A stretch of DNA of 64,000 bases from Polaromonas sp. (GTDB lineage: Bacteria > Pseudomonadota > Gammaproteobacteria > Burkholderiales > Burkholderiaceae_C), in the NCBI GenBank assembly GCA_041442125.1, contig JASDRC010000030.1:20173-84172 (forward strand), given 5' to 3'. A program made the position numbers and the translations under genes. Positions 18,768 through 26,823 of this stretch are shown piece after piece. How positions within the stretch are numbered: the first letter of the stretch is position 1; each line of letters starts with the position of its first letter. Below the pieces are notes generated by a model, which was not told the DNA's origin, ran no database searches, and worked only from the letters and a program-made list of their open reading frames with translations.

Positions 18768-19025
18768 TCAGCCTTGATTCAATGCGTCTTCAAACTCAGC
18801 CAGTTCTTCAGCAATAGCCGCGTACTTCTTTGACTTGGCTTTGTTGTCAACCCATTGGAGGGTGGCTTCTTCTAAGTCTTCTTTGTAATGGGTCAGGGCC
18901 GCGTCTTTGATTTTGGCGGTGACTTTTTTGTCAGCGCTGGACCAGAGGTCAATCAGGTCTGACAGGCCGTTGTCGAAATCTTCAAAAGTCTCGAGATGGA
19001 CCCGCTGGGCGTTTTTGTCGTTCAT
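18768..19025 (-). CDS. Hypothetical 85-aa acidic protein
   Basis: ATG start with upstream AGAAAG. No recognisable family. Codons partly duplicated at 9736-9822. Confidence 0.6.
   Translation of the reverse strand: MNDKNAQRVHLETFEDFDNGLSDLIDLWSSADKKVTAKIKDAALTHYKEDLEEATLQWVDNKAKSKKYAAIAEELAEFEDALNQG
18840..18926. repeat. Copy B of the 87-bp dispersed direct repeat
   Basis: See 9736-9822. Lies inside the 85-aa ORF. Confidence 0.95.
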
Positions 19026-19064
19026 GTTTTCTTTCTGTGTGTTGGGGTTTATTCCAAAATCGCA

Positions 19065-19082
19065 CTTACATCCGTCCTTACA
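19065..19082 (-). repeat. Direct repeat TGTAAG x2, 12-bp period (putative integrase arm sites)
   Basis: CTTACA at 19065-19070 and 19077-19082 on the plus strand. Confidence 0.5.
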
Positions 19083-19100
19083 TTGTAAAAACGAGGGCGT

Positions 19101-19140
19101 AAAAAAAGCCCCATGCTATCTTATGAATAGCAGGGGGCTT
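19101..19140 (-). terminator. Hairpin with T run after tRNA-Asn
   Basis: AAGCCCC-ATGCTAT...ATAGCA-GGGGGCTT, with an A run at 19101-19107 (T run on the minus strand). Confidence 0.7.
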
Positions 19141-19160
19141 AGAGCCTGTGCGGCTTGTTC

Positions 19161-19236
19161 TGGCTCCTCGACCTGGGCTCGAACCAGGGACCTACGGATT
19201 AACAGTCCGGCGCTCTACCAACTGAGCTATCGAGGA
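19161..19236 (-). tRNA. tRNA-Asn (anticodon GTT)
   Basis: Reverse complement TCCTCGATAGCTCAGTTGGTAGAGCGCCGGACTGTTAATCCGTAGGTCCCTGGTTCGAGCCCAGGTCGAGGAGCCA, 76 nt with CCA. Confidence 0.98.
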
Positions 19237-19244
19237 ATGAAGCC

Positions 19245-20210
19245 TCAGATTATAGCCTGCGTTTTTGGCTGTTCCTGAACACTGTGTTTAAAAATCTCAG
19301 ATTGAAGGTGAGCCGCCTCTGCTGCTGGGTCAGTGGCGGCGACCAGCGCGCGCACGACGGCGGCGGAGCCGACGCCGCTGGCCATGACTTCAGGCAGTCG
19401 AGCCGCATCAATGCCGCCAATCGCCACCAGCGGGTAGTCGCGCAGTACGCTGGCGTAGGCGCGGAGTCGGCCGGGGCCTTGGGGCGCCGTGAGCATGCGT
19501 TTGAGGGTGGTCGAAAACACGGCACCCATGGCGATGTAGCTGGGCGCGTGTACGTCGGCTCGCAGCATTTCTGCATAGCCGTGGGTACTGAGCCCCAAGC
19601 GCAAACCGGCCTGACGAATGGCGTTCAGGTCGGCGGTGTCCAGGTCTTCTTGGCCGAGGTGAACGCCGTAGGCGCCTGCCGCAATCGCTGCTTGCCAGTG
19701 GTCGTTGATGAACAGCAAGGCATTGCTTCCTTGCACTGCCTGGACGGCGGCTTGCACTTCGCGCGCGATGGTCTCTGGGTCTTCAGACTTGAAACGCAGT
19801 TGCAGCGTCGGCACACCGGCTTTGGCCATGCGGCCGACCCACTCCGCGTCGGGTAACACAGCGTAGAGCCCGAGCTGTTGTGGGCAGGGCGCAAAGCTGT
19901 TGTTGCGCGGCCAAGGTTGGATGCCAAAGTCGCTCGGCTCGGTCGGCCATTGGGCCGCGTCAAAGCTGCCGGTGCGCTCGGCTTGCGCCTGCCAAGCCTT
20001 GGCCACGCAGTCCGCATCAATCTCAATAAAACCCATGCGCAGGCAGGCTTCATTGGCTGCGTCATAAACGACATTGTTGATGGCTTTGTAGACCGCAGGC
20101 GACGCTGCTTCAAGACCCAAAGAATGCTGGTGCGCGCTGACGATGGCCAGCACGGCACTGTCGTGGTCGTCGCTGTCTAAAGCCTGTTGCGGTTGTTGTG
20201 TGTTCGACAT
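19245..20210 (-). CDS. thiE: Thiamine-phosphate synthase with N-terminal extension
   Basis: LGLYAV, LQLRFK, LFINDHWQAA, GVHLGQEDL, LGLSTHG, VAIGGID. Confidence 0.92.
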   Translation of the reverse strand: MSNTQQPQQALDSDDHDSAVLAIVSAHQHSLGLEAASPAVYKAINNVVYDAANEACLRMGFIEIDADCVAKAWQAQAERTGSFDAAQWPTEPSDFGIQPWPRNNSFAPCPQQLGLYAVLPDAEWVGRMAKAGVPTLQLRFKSEDPETIAREVQAAVQAVQGSNALLFINDHWQAAIAAGAYGVHLGQEDLDTADLNAIRQAGLRLGLSTHGYAEMLRADVHAPSYIAMGAVFSTTLKRMLTAPQGPGRLRAYASVLRDYPLVAIGGIDAARLPEVMASGVGSAAVVRALVAATDPAAEAAHLQSEIFKHSVQEQPKTQAII

Positions 20211-20244
20211 GGCGTGTCCTTGGTTCAGGTGGCGGGCCGGGTGT

Positions 20245-21063
20245 TCAGTGCTCAGCGTGGTGCCAAAACGGTGTGCCCAACACGGGCGTGCTGGGCTGTG
20301 CGGCTTCTTGTTCTGCCATCACGCCGCCGCGGTGTGCGCCGCGGCCGGCTTGCACGGCATCGGCAAAAGCGCCAGCCATCATCAGTGGGTCTTGCGCCAG
20401 TGCCACGGCGCTGTTGAGCAGCACGCCGTCATAGCCCCACTCCATCACCTGACAGGCATGGGAGGGCAAGCCGAGACCGGCGTCGACAATCATCGGCACG
20501 TCAAGCCGCTCTCGCAACAAGCGCATGGCGTAGGGGTTGATCGGGCCTTTGCCGGTGCCAATCGGTGCGGCCCAGGGCATCACCGCTTGGCAGCCGACGT
20601 CGACCAATTTGCGGCACAGCACCAAGTCTTCCGTGCAGTAGGGCAAGACCTTGAAACCGTCTTTGATCAGGTGGCTGGCGACCTCGACCAGATTGAGGGT
20701 GTCGGGCTGCAGCGTGTAGTCGTCGCCGATGAGTTCGAGTTTGATCCAGTCGGTCGAAAAAACCTCGCGTGCCATCTGCGCGGTGGTGATGACTTCTTGC
20801 ATGCTGTGGCAACCGGCGGTGTTGGGCAGCACCGGAATGCCGAGCTTCTTGAGCAGTTCCCAAAAGCCGTTGCTGGTGTCCGCCGAGACCACACCTTGCC
20901 GACGCAGGGACGCCGTGACCATAGCCGGCTTGGAGCGGCGCAGCGCGGCTTCCATGACGCTGGGTGACGGGTAGCGGGCCGTGCCTAGCAGCAAGCGGCT
21001 CTGGAAGGTTTCGCCGTAGAGGACCAGCGGGTCTGCGGCCACTGAAGTTGACGCGTCGTTCAT
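20245..21063 (-). CDS. thiG: Thiazole synthase
   Basis: SRLLLGTARYPS, LPNTAGC, WIKLELIGDDYTLQPD, VMPWAAPIGTG, VDAGLG. Confidence 0.97.
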   Translation of the reverse strand: MNDASTSVAADPLVLYGETFQSRLLLGTARYPSPSVMEAALRRSKPAMVTASLRRQGVVSADTSNGFWELLKKLGIPVLPNTAGCHSMQEVITTAQMAREVFSTDWIKLELIGDDYTLQPDTLNLVEVASHLIKDGFKVLPYCTEDLVLCRKLVDVGCQAVMPWAAPIGTGKGPINPYAMRLLRERLDVPMIVDAGLGLPSHACQVMEWGYDGVLLNSAVALAQDPLMMAGAFADAVQAGRGAHRGGVMAEQEAAQPSTPVLGTPFWHHAEH

Positions 21064-21090
21064 GAATCTGTTCCTGGATGAGACGAAGGT

Positions 21091-21288
21091 TTAGCCGCCG
21101 GTGATGGGCGCAATGATTTCAATTTGGTCGCCGACATTGAGCGGCGTGGAGGCGTATTGGGTCTTGGGCACGAACTGCAGGTTGAGTGCCGTCGCAAAAG
21201 GCGGCCGCGCCTGCGCCAAGGCCAATGCATCAGCGAGCGTGGCGGTCGCGGCGATGTCGTGCGGGATGCGGTTCACGAAGATTTGCAT
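21091..21288 (-). CDS. thiS: Sulfur carrier protein ThiS
   Basis: 65 aa ending IEIIAPITGG (C-terminal Gly-Gly). Confidence 0.95.
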   Translation of the reverse strand: MQIFVNRIPHDIAATATLADALALAQARPPFATALNLQFVPKTQYASTPLNVGDQIEIIAPITGG

Positions 21289-22427
21289 AGAGGCTTTGAT
21301 GACTGGTGGTCAACCCGCAGGTCAAAAGTGCGCGCCAGTTCACTGTCGCCAGTGACCAGCAGTTCCATCACCACGTCCAGCATGGCCGGTGCAATCAAAA
21401 AACCGTGGCGGTACAAGCCGTTGATTTGCATTGAGCGCGGGCCGGTGAAGCGCACGGCGGGCAGGTTGTCGATCAAGGTCGGGCGGCATTGGGTGGAGAT
21501 TTCAAGCAGCCGCGCTTCGGCAAAGCCCGAGTGCACCGAGTACGCGGCGCTGAGCAGTTCAAGCGCCGAGCGCACGCTGGCCGGTGACAGGTCTTCGGAT
21601 TCAATCTCGGTCGCGCCGATGACAAACACATGGTCTTCTTTAGGCGCAATGTAAAGTGGGTAACGTGGGTGCACCAGACGCACCGGCCGCAGCAAAGTCA
21701 CTTCAGGTGCATGCACGCGCACCACTTCACCACGCACGCCGCGCAGGCCTTGCCACTCGGGTTTGGCGCCCAGACCACGGCAATCAAAAACCCAGTCGGG
21801 CTGGCCCGTTGCACCGGGTTTGCCGGGGGAAAACTCTTCGGGTGAGCGCGGGCTGTTCCAGTGCAGCGCGACCTGGAGTTGCTCTAGCTGATGCAGCAAG
21901 GCCGTCAGCAGTTGCCGGTTGTCGAGCTGGCCTTCGCCGGGTAAATAAAGGCCCTGCGCAAAGCGCTGACCGAGCGCGGGTTCGAGTGCGCTGATGGCTG
22001 CCGCGTCCAGTGTTTGGGCGGCTTGCAACTCGGGCATGGCGCGGGCGGTCGTGTCGAGCTGGCGTTGAAAGCGCGACGCCTCGGCCGCGTCTTGGCGGTG
22101 CCAGACGATCAAGGTGCCGTTGTGTTGAAAGAAGGTCGGTTGTAACAGTTGCGCGATGAGCTCTGGCCAGCGCTTGAGGCCATGGCTGCCCATGCGGACC
22201 ACGCCGTTTTCGGTCACCGCTGATTCTGCCAGCGGTGCCAGCATGGCCGCCGCTGCGCGGGCGGCAGAGGTGGTGGCATCTGAGGAGCCAGCTTCATGCA
22301 CTTCGACCCGGTGGCCGGCTTGGGCCAGCGTCACAGCCAGCAGCCGGCCCATGAGGCCTGCGCCGAGAACAAGCATGTGAGCACTGGGTACGCTAGAAGC
22401 GCGGGTAGCGGTTGTCATTGAATCCAT
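21273..22427 (-). CDS. thiO: Glycine oxidase (start uncertain)
   Basis: VLGAGLMG, AAAAMLAPLAES, RGVRGE, CRPT, NGLYRHGFLIAP. First gene of the thi operon. Confidence 0.88.
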   Translation of the reverse strand: MDSMTTATRASSVPSAHMLVLGAGLMGRLLAVTLAQAGHRVEVHEAGSSDATTSAARAAAAMLAPLAESAVTENGVVRMGSHGLKRWPELIAQLLQPTFFQHNGTLIVWHRQDAAEASRFQRQLDTTARAMPELQAAQTLDAAAISALEPALGQRFAQGLYLPGEGQLDNRQLLTALLHQLEQLQVALHWNSPRSPEEFSPGKPGATGQPDWVFDCRGLGAKPEWQGLRGVRGEVVRVHAPEVTLLRPVRLVHPRYPLYIAPKEDHVFVIGATEIESEDLSPASVRSALELLSAAYSVHSGFAEARLLEISTQCRPTLIDNLPAVRFTGPRSMQINGLYRHGFLIAPAMLDVVMELLVTGDSELARTFDLRVDHQSSKPLCKSS

Positions 22428-22484
22428 CTGAAGTTAATGCAGGTGGACAAAACAAGAGCGCGCTGGGCAACAACGACGCTGTCT

Positions 22485-22565
22485 GAAACTTCCCACGCCA
22501 GCATGATCTGGATCGGGTCCTAGGGTTTTTCTCAGACCAGCCTTTGAGCCAGACACCCCTGTTTC
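22485..22565 (-). ncRNA. TPP riboswitch upstream of thiO
   Basis: Minus strand GAAAC-AGGGGTG...CTGAGAA-AAACCC...GACCCGATCCAGATCATGCTGGCGTGGGAA-GTTTC. Conserved elements and P1 pairing GAAAC/GTTTC present. Confidence 0.93.
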
Positions 22566-22662
22566 ATCCGTAGTCAGAATTACATCACAAGTCGCTCGGC
22601 TGGCTCTTGGTGTGGCTCTTTATGGGGTTCTTTGTGGGTGCAATTTGCCCGATAATTTCTGT

Positions 22663-23535
22663 ATGAGCATTCACGCCTTCCCCACACCACACCACCGGTA
22701 TGCCCGGGTCTTGTCGATCGCCGGTTCTGACAGCGGCGGCGGTGCCGGCATTCAAGCCGACCTGAAAACCTTCAGCGCCTTGGGCTGCTACGGCATGACC
22801 GCCATCACCGCCTTGACGGCTCAAAACACGCTCGGCGTGAGCGGCATTCACGCCGTGCCGCCCGAGTTTTTGAAGGCGCAATTGCAGGCCGTGATGGAAG
22901 ACATCGGCGTTGACGCGGTGAAGATCGGCATGCTGCATTCGCCTGAAATCGTCAAAGTCGTGGCGTGGGCGATTCGCCATTACCAGCTGGAGAACGTGGT
23001 ACTCGACCCCGTCATGGTGGCCACCAGCGGCGACCGTTTGATTGAGCAAGAGACGGTTCAGTTGCTGCGGCAAGAACTGTTTCCGTTGGTCAGCGTGATC
23101 ACGCCGAATTTGGACGAGGCAGCTTGGCTGTTGGGCCGGCCGCTTGAACATGCTGACCAGCTGGACCAAGCCGCCAGCGATTTGCTGGCGATGGGCGCGC
23201 AGGCTGTCTTGCTCAAGGGCGGCCACCTGCGGGGGCAAGCGGTGGTCGATGTGTTGGCCGAAGCCGGTCAGCCTTGGCTGCACCTGCGCTCTGAACGGAT
23301 CGCCAGCAAAAACGTGCATGGCACGGGTTGCACTTTGTCGTCAGCCATTGCTTCGTACCTTGCGCTGGGGCTGCCGCTGCGACAAGCTGTGCAGCAGGCG
23401 CGGGTTTATATTTTGAGCGCTATCGCGGCCGGAGCGGCGGTCGAAACCGGCTCAGGCCATGGGCCCTTGAACCATGGTTTTGCGCCTGTGCCACTTCACT
23501 TCATCACCAAGCCGCCGTCGACCACCAGCACCTGA
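22663..23535 (+). CDS. thiD: HMP/HMP-P kinase
   Basis: VLSIAGSDSGGGAGIQADLKTF, VKIGML, VVLDPVMVATSG, ITPNLDEA, HGTGCTLSSAIA, GHGPLNH. Confidence 0.96.
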   Translation: MSIHAFPTPHHRYARVLSIAGSDSGGGAGIQADLKTFSALGCYGMTAITALTAQNTLGVSGIHAVPPEFLKAQLQAVMEDIGVDAVKIGMLHSPEIVKVVAWAIRHYQLENVVLDPVMVATSGDRLIEQETVQLLRQELFPLVSVITPNLDEAAWLLGRPLEHADQLDQAASDLLAMGAQAVLLKGGHLRGQAVVDVLAEAGQPWLHLRSERIASKNVHGTGCTLSSAIASYLALGLPLRQAVQQARVYILSAIAAGAAVETGSGHGPLNHGFAPVPLHFITKPPSTTST

Positions 23536-24278
23536 CCGGTCATGAAGCGGCTCCAGTCGGAGGCCAAGAACAAAACTGGGCCGGTGATGTCTGCTGGCGT
23601 GCCGATTCGGCCCAGCGGTGTTTGCGCCACGATGCTGTCTTGCACCGCTTCCCGCGTCAGCCGGCTTGATTCGGTGGGCATGACCAGACCTGGCGCAACA
23701 CAGTTGACGCGAATGCCCAGCGGCCCTAAATCAGTCGCCAAATGCCGGCTGAAGCCGACCAAGGCGGATTTGGCTGTGGCGTAGTCGTTGTAGGCGATGG
23801 TGGGGCGCTCCACCAAATCACTCGCCATGTTGATGATGCTGCCTTCGCCGCGTTGCCGCAAGTGCGGCAGCACGGCCTGGCAGACGTTGTAAGCGGCTTG
23901 CACCGAGCCGTCGAATTGCGTTTGAAAGGCATCCCATGGCAGTTCCCAAAAACGCTGCCGGTGCTCGGGGTCAAAGGCATACGGGCTGAATGCGTTGTTG
24001 ACCACCACATCAATGCGGCCGGTCTCCAGCAACGCCTGTGCCACCATCGCCGTCACCGCCTCTGGCAGACGCACATCGGCCTGCAAGGCCATGGCGTCGC
24101 CACCCAATGCTTGGCAAGCCAGTACCACCTCGTCAGCGGCGGCCGCATTTTGCAGGTAGTTGACCAAGACCATGGCGCCTTCGCCTGCAAAGGCTTTGGC
24201 AATGGCCGCGCCAATGCCGCGGCTGGCACCTGTCACCAAGACCACCTTGCCCCGAAAGGCTTGGCTGCTGGCGTTCAT
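23496..24278 (-). CDS. Short-chain dehydrogenase/reductase (FabG-like)
   Basis: TGASRGIG, VVNNA, catalytic Ser and YATAK, IRVNCVAPG, MTGQVLVVDGG. Confidence 0.93.
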   Translation of the reverse strand: MNASSQAFRGKVVLVTGASRGIGAAIAKAFAGEGAMVLVNYLQNAAAADEVVLACQALGGDAMALQADVRLPEAVTAMVAQALLETGRIDVVVNNAFSPYAFDPEHRQRFWELPWDAFQTQFDGSVQAAYNVCQAVLPHLRQRGEGSIINMASDLVERPTIAYNDYATAKSALVGFSRHLATDLGPLGIRVNCVAPGLVMPTESSRLTREAVQDSIVAQTPLGRIGTPADITGPVLFLASDWSRFMTGQVLVVDGGLVMK

Positions 24279-25297
24279 CGTTTGCCTGGCAGCAAGTCTT
24301 GACTCACCACGTCGGTGATTTTGATGTCGCGCTGAATCACGCCGAAGGCTTTGTAGGCTTGGGCGCCTGTTTGCAGCGACTGCATGTCAAACGAACCGAG
24401 TCCATTTTTTTGCGTGTTGACCGAGACACTGGACAGATTGCGCAGCTTGATGACCTCGAGATTGATCGCCGAATCTTTGCCGTCGATGGCGTATTTGACG
24501 GCCAGTTTGGCGGCTTCTTCAGGCGAGAGAATCATCCAGTTCGCGCTGTCACGGTAGGCCAGCAGAAAGCGCTTGAGCACTTCTTTTTTCGATTGGTAAG
24601 TCTCTTCACGAACGACAAAAAAGTCGCTGGAAATATTCAGGTGGTTTTTGACCTCCATCACATTGACCTCGCCCAAGCCGCGTTGTTTGCCGACCAGCAA
24701 ACCGGTGTCGGTGGCGGCCGTGGCGTCGACCTGGCCTTGCATCAGGGGTGCGAAGTTCAACAAACCAGTCACCACCACGGTGACGTCGGATTCGCTCAAG
24801 CCGGCTTGGTGCAAAAGCACTTGCAGGTTTTGCCGGGTGCCGCTGGACAGGCTGTAGACGCCAATGCGTTTGCCTTTCAGGTCGGCCGGCTTGCTGATAT
24901 TGGCTGATTTGAGTGACACGACGTTGAAAACGTTTTGCGGGTAAATGTCGTAGATGGCGCGCAGCTTTTCACCTTTGTCCAAAGCTGCAAAAAACGAACC
25001 TGGGTCGGTAAAGGCGATGTCGGCTTGCTTGCTCAGCAAGTTGCGCAATGCGTCACCGCCGCCCGCGCCCGGCACGTAGCCGAGTTCAATGCCGCGCGCT
25101 TTGAAAAAGCCCTTGTCTTCTTCGACCAGCAAGTTGGTGATTTCGGTGATGGGTTTACTCCAGCCAGCGACCACCATTTTGTCGAGCTTGGCGGGTGTTT
25201 GCGCCAGACTGGCGCTGGGCGCGCTGAAGCCCATCACGCTGACCGCGAGCGCCAGCAAAGAGGCTTGCGTTTTGAATTTTTGAGTCCAGATTTTCAT
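24275..25297 (-). CDS. ABC substrate-binding protein, NMT1/THI5-like (ThiY-like)
   Basis: Signal peptide, KGFFKARGIEL, ISKPADLKGKRIG, LMQGQVDA. No cysteines. Confidence 0.85.
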   Translation of the reverse strand: MKIWTQKFKTQASLLALAVSVMGFSAPSASLAQTPAKLDKMVVAGWSKPITEITNLLVEEDKGFFKARGIELGYVPGAGGGDALRNLLSKQADIAFTDPGSFFAALDKGEKLRAIYDIYPQNVFNVVSLKSANISKPADLKGKRIGVYSLSSGTRQNLQVLLHQAGLSESDVTVVVTGLLNFAPLMQGQVDATAATDTGLLVGKQRGLGEVNVMEVKNHLNISSDFFVVREETYQSKKEVLKRFLLAYRDSANWMILSPEEAAKLAVKYAIDGKDSAINLEVIKLRNLSSVSVNTQKNGLGSFDMQSLQTGAQAYKAFGVIQRDIKITDVVSQDLLPGKR

Positions 25298-26064
25298 TTT
25301 TTAACTTTCTTTTGACTATCAACAGGAGGCTGAAGCAAACGTCGCTCCAGCCATTCGGCAAATTTGTAAAACACCAGGCCCAACACGGTGATCAGCACCA
25401 GCACGGCAAACATCAGCGGCGTGTCCATCGAGCCTTGCGCGGCAATGATCAGCGCGCCCAAGCCTTTGCTGGCACCAATGAATTCTGCCACCACCGCGCC
25501 GACCCAGGCCAACACCACGGCGACACGCACGCCGGCCATGATGTGGGGCAAACCAGCGCGAACCTTCAACCGCCACAGCGTTTGCCAGCGGCTGGCCCGC
25601 AACATGCGGAACAACTCCAACCGCTGCGGGTCAACCTGTTGCAAGCTGGTGGCGGTGTTCTCTAACAAGGGGAAAAAACAAATCAAGGCGGTCATGACCA
25701 CGATCGGCAAGGTACCAAAGCCAAACCAGACGATGAACAGCGGTGCCAGCGCCAGCTTGGGCACGACTTGGCTGATGACCACGTAAGGCATCAAAATGCC
25801 GCGCCAGCGAGCCGACTCGCCCAACACCATGCCGCCGACAAAACCAACACCGCCGCCGAGCAGCAGCCCCAGCAGCACAGCACGGGTGGAACTGATGATA
25901 TGCGGCCACAAGTAGCCGCTGGCCAAGCCCTGCCAAAGCGATTGCGCGATGACACTGGGGGCCGGCAACACCAAGGGTGATGGCTGGGCCAAGCGCACCC
26001 AAACCTCCCACAGCACGATGAAGCCGATGCCCATGGCCACTGATATCCAGTGCTCGCGGCGCAT
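25294..26064 (-). CDS. ABC permease (ThiX/SsuC-like)
   Basis: LVLPAPS, QVVPKLALAPLFIVWFGFG, AWVGAVVAEFIGASKGLG. ATG at 26064 overlaps the upstream TGA. Confidence 0.92.
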   Translation of the reverse strand: MRREHWISVAMGIGFIVLWEVWVRLAQPSPLVLPAPSVIAQSLWQGLASGYLWPHIISSTRAVLLGLLLGGGVGFVGGMVLGESARWRGILMPYVVISQVVPKLALAPLFIVWFGFGTLPIVVMTALICFFPLLENTATSLQQVDPQRLELFRMLRASRWQTLWRLKVRAGLPHIMAGVRVAVVLAWVGAVVAEFIGASKGLGALIIAAQGSMDTPLMFAVLVLITVLGLVFYKFAEWLERRLLQPPVDSQKKVKK

Positions 26065-26822
26065 CACAAGCTGCCGTCCATGGCTTGACGCAATTCGGCG
26101 CAACGGGCGTTGAAGTCGGCTGTGTAGCGAACAGCAGGTCGGCGCGGGTGTGGCAAGTTGACGGCCAGCTGATGACAAATCTCACCGGCCTGCATGACGC
26201 TGACAGTGTCTGCCAGATAGACCGCTTCGGCGATGTCGTGCGTGATGAACAAGACTGATGTGCGCAGGCTTTGGCAGAGCGCCAGCAAATCTTGTTGCAA
26301 TTCACTGCGCGTGATGGCGTCCAGTGAGGCAAAAGGCTCGTCCATGAACAGCATCGGCGGCGCGTTGACCAAGGCGCGCGCGATGGCGACACGGCTTTGT
26401 TGCCCGCCAGAAAGTTGCTGTGAATGGCGCGCATGCAAGTCTTTCAACCCGAGTTGATCAAGCAAGGCCATGGCTTTCTCGCGCTGAGCGGTTTGAACTT
26501 TGCCGTGCAGAGCGATCGGCAACAAGACGTTGTCCAACACATTGAGCCAGGCCAACAAGGTCGGCGTTTGAAAGACAAAACCCATGTCGGGCTTGGGGCC
26601 GGTCACCGGCGCTCCTTGCAAGGCAATGCAGCCACCTTGAGGCAGCAGCAAACCGGCGGCGAGCTTGAGCAAGGTGGTCTTGCCGCAACCACTGCGGCCA
26701 ATCAGGCAATGGAACTCGCCCGGGGCGATGTGCAGACTGACGTCTTTCACCACATCACGCACCCCATCGCTTTGGCCTGGGTAGGCGTAGCGAACGGCGG
26801 CCAGTTTTAAAAAGCGGCTCAT
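26064..26822 (-). CDS. ABC ATP-binding protein (ThiZ/SsuB-like)
   Basis: GRSGCGKTT, LSGGQQSR, FMDEPFASLD, FITHDIAEA. Confidence 0.93.
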   Translation of the reverse strand: MSRFLKLAAVRYAYPGQSDGVRDVVKDVSLHIAPGEFHCLIGRSGCGKTTLLKLAAGLLLPQGGCIALQGAPVTGPKPDMGFVFQTPTLLAWLNVLDNVLLPIALHGKVQTAQREKAMALLDQLGLKDLHARHSQQLSGGQQSRVAIARALVNAPPMLFMDEPFASLDAITRSELQQDLLALCQSLRTSVLFITHDIAEAVYLADTVSVMQAGEICHQLAVNLPHPRRPAVRYTADFNARCAELRQAMDGSL

Positions 26823-26823
26823 G

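Noticed and set aside
19880-20210. Unusual N-terminal extension of ThiE as a novel domain
   Set aside because: Extended ThiE proteins with a ThiD-like remnant are, as far as I recall, common in Burkholderiales.
22590-22635. Short GGCTCTT/GGTTCTT repeats upstream of thiD
   Set aside because: Only three 7-mers with uneven spacing. Could be chance or promoter sequence.
24275-25297. THI5-type HMP-P synthase replacing ThiC
   Set aside because: The protein has a signal peptide, no cysteines (THI5 needs a CCCxC motif) and sits with an ABC permease and ATPase, so it is a binding protein.
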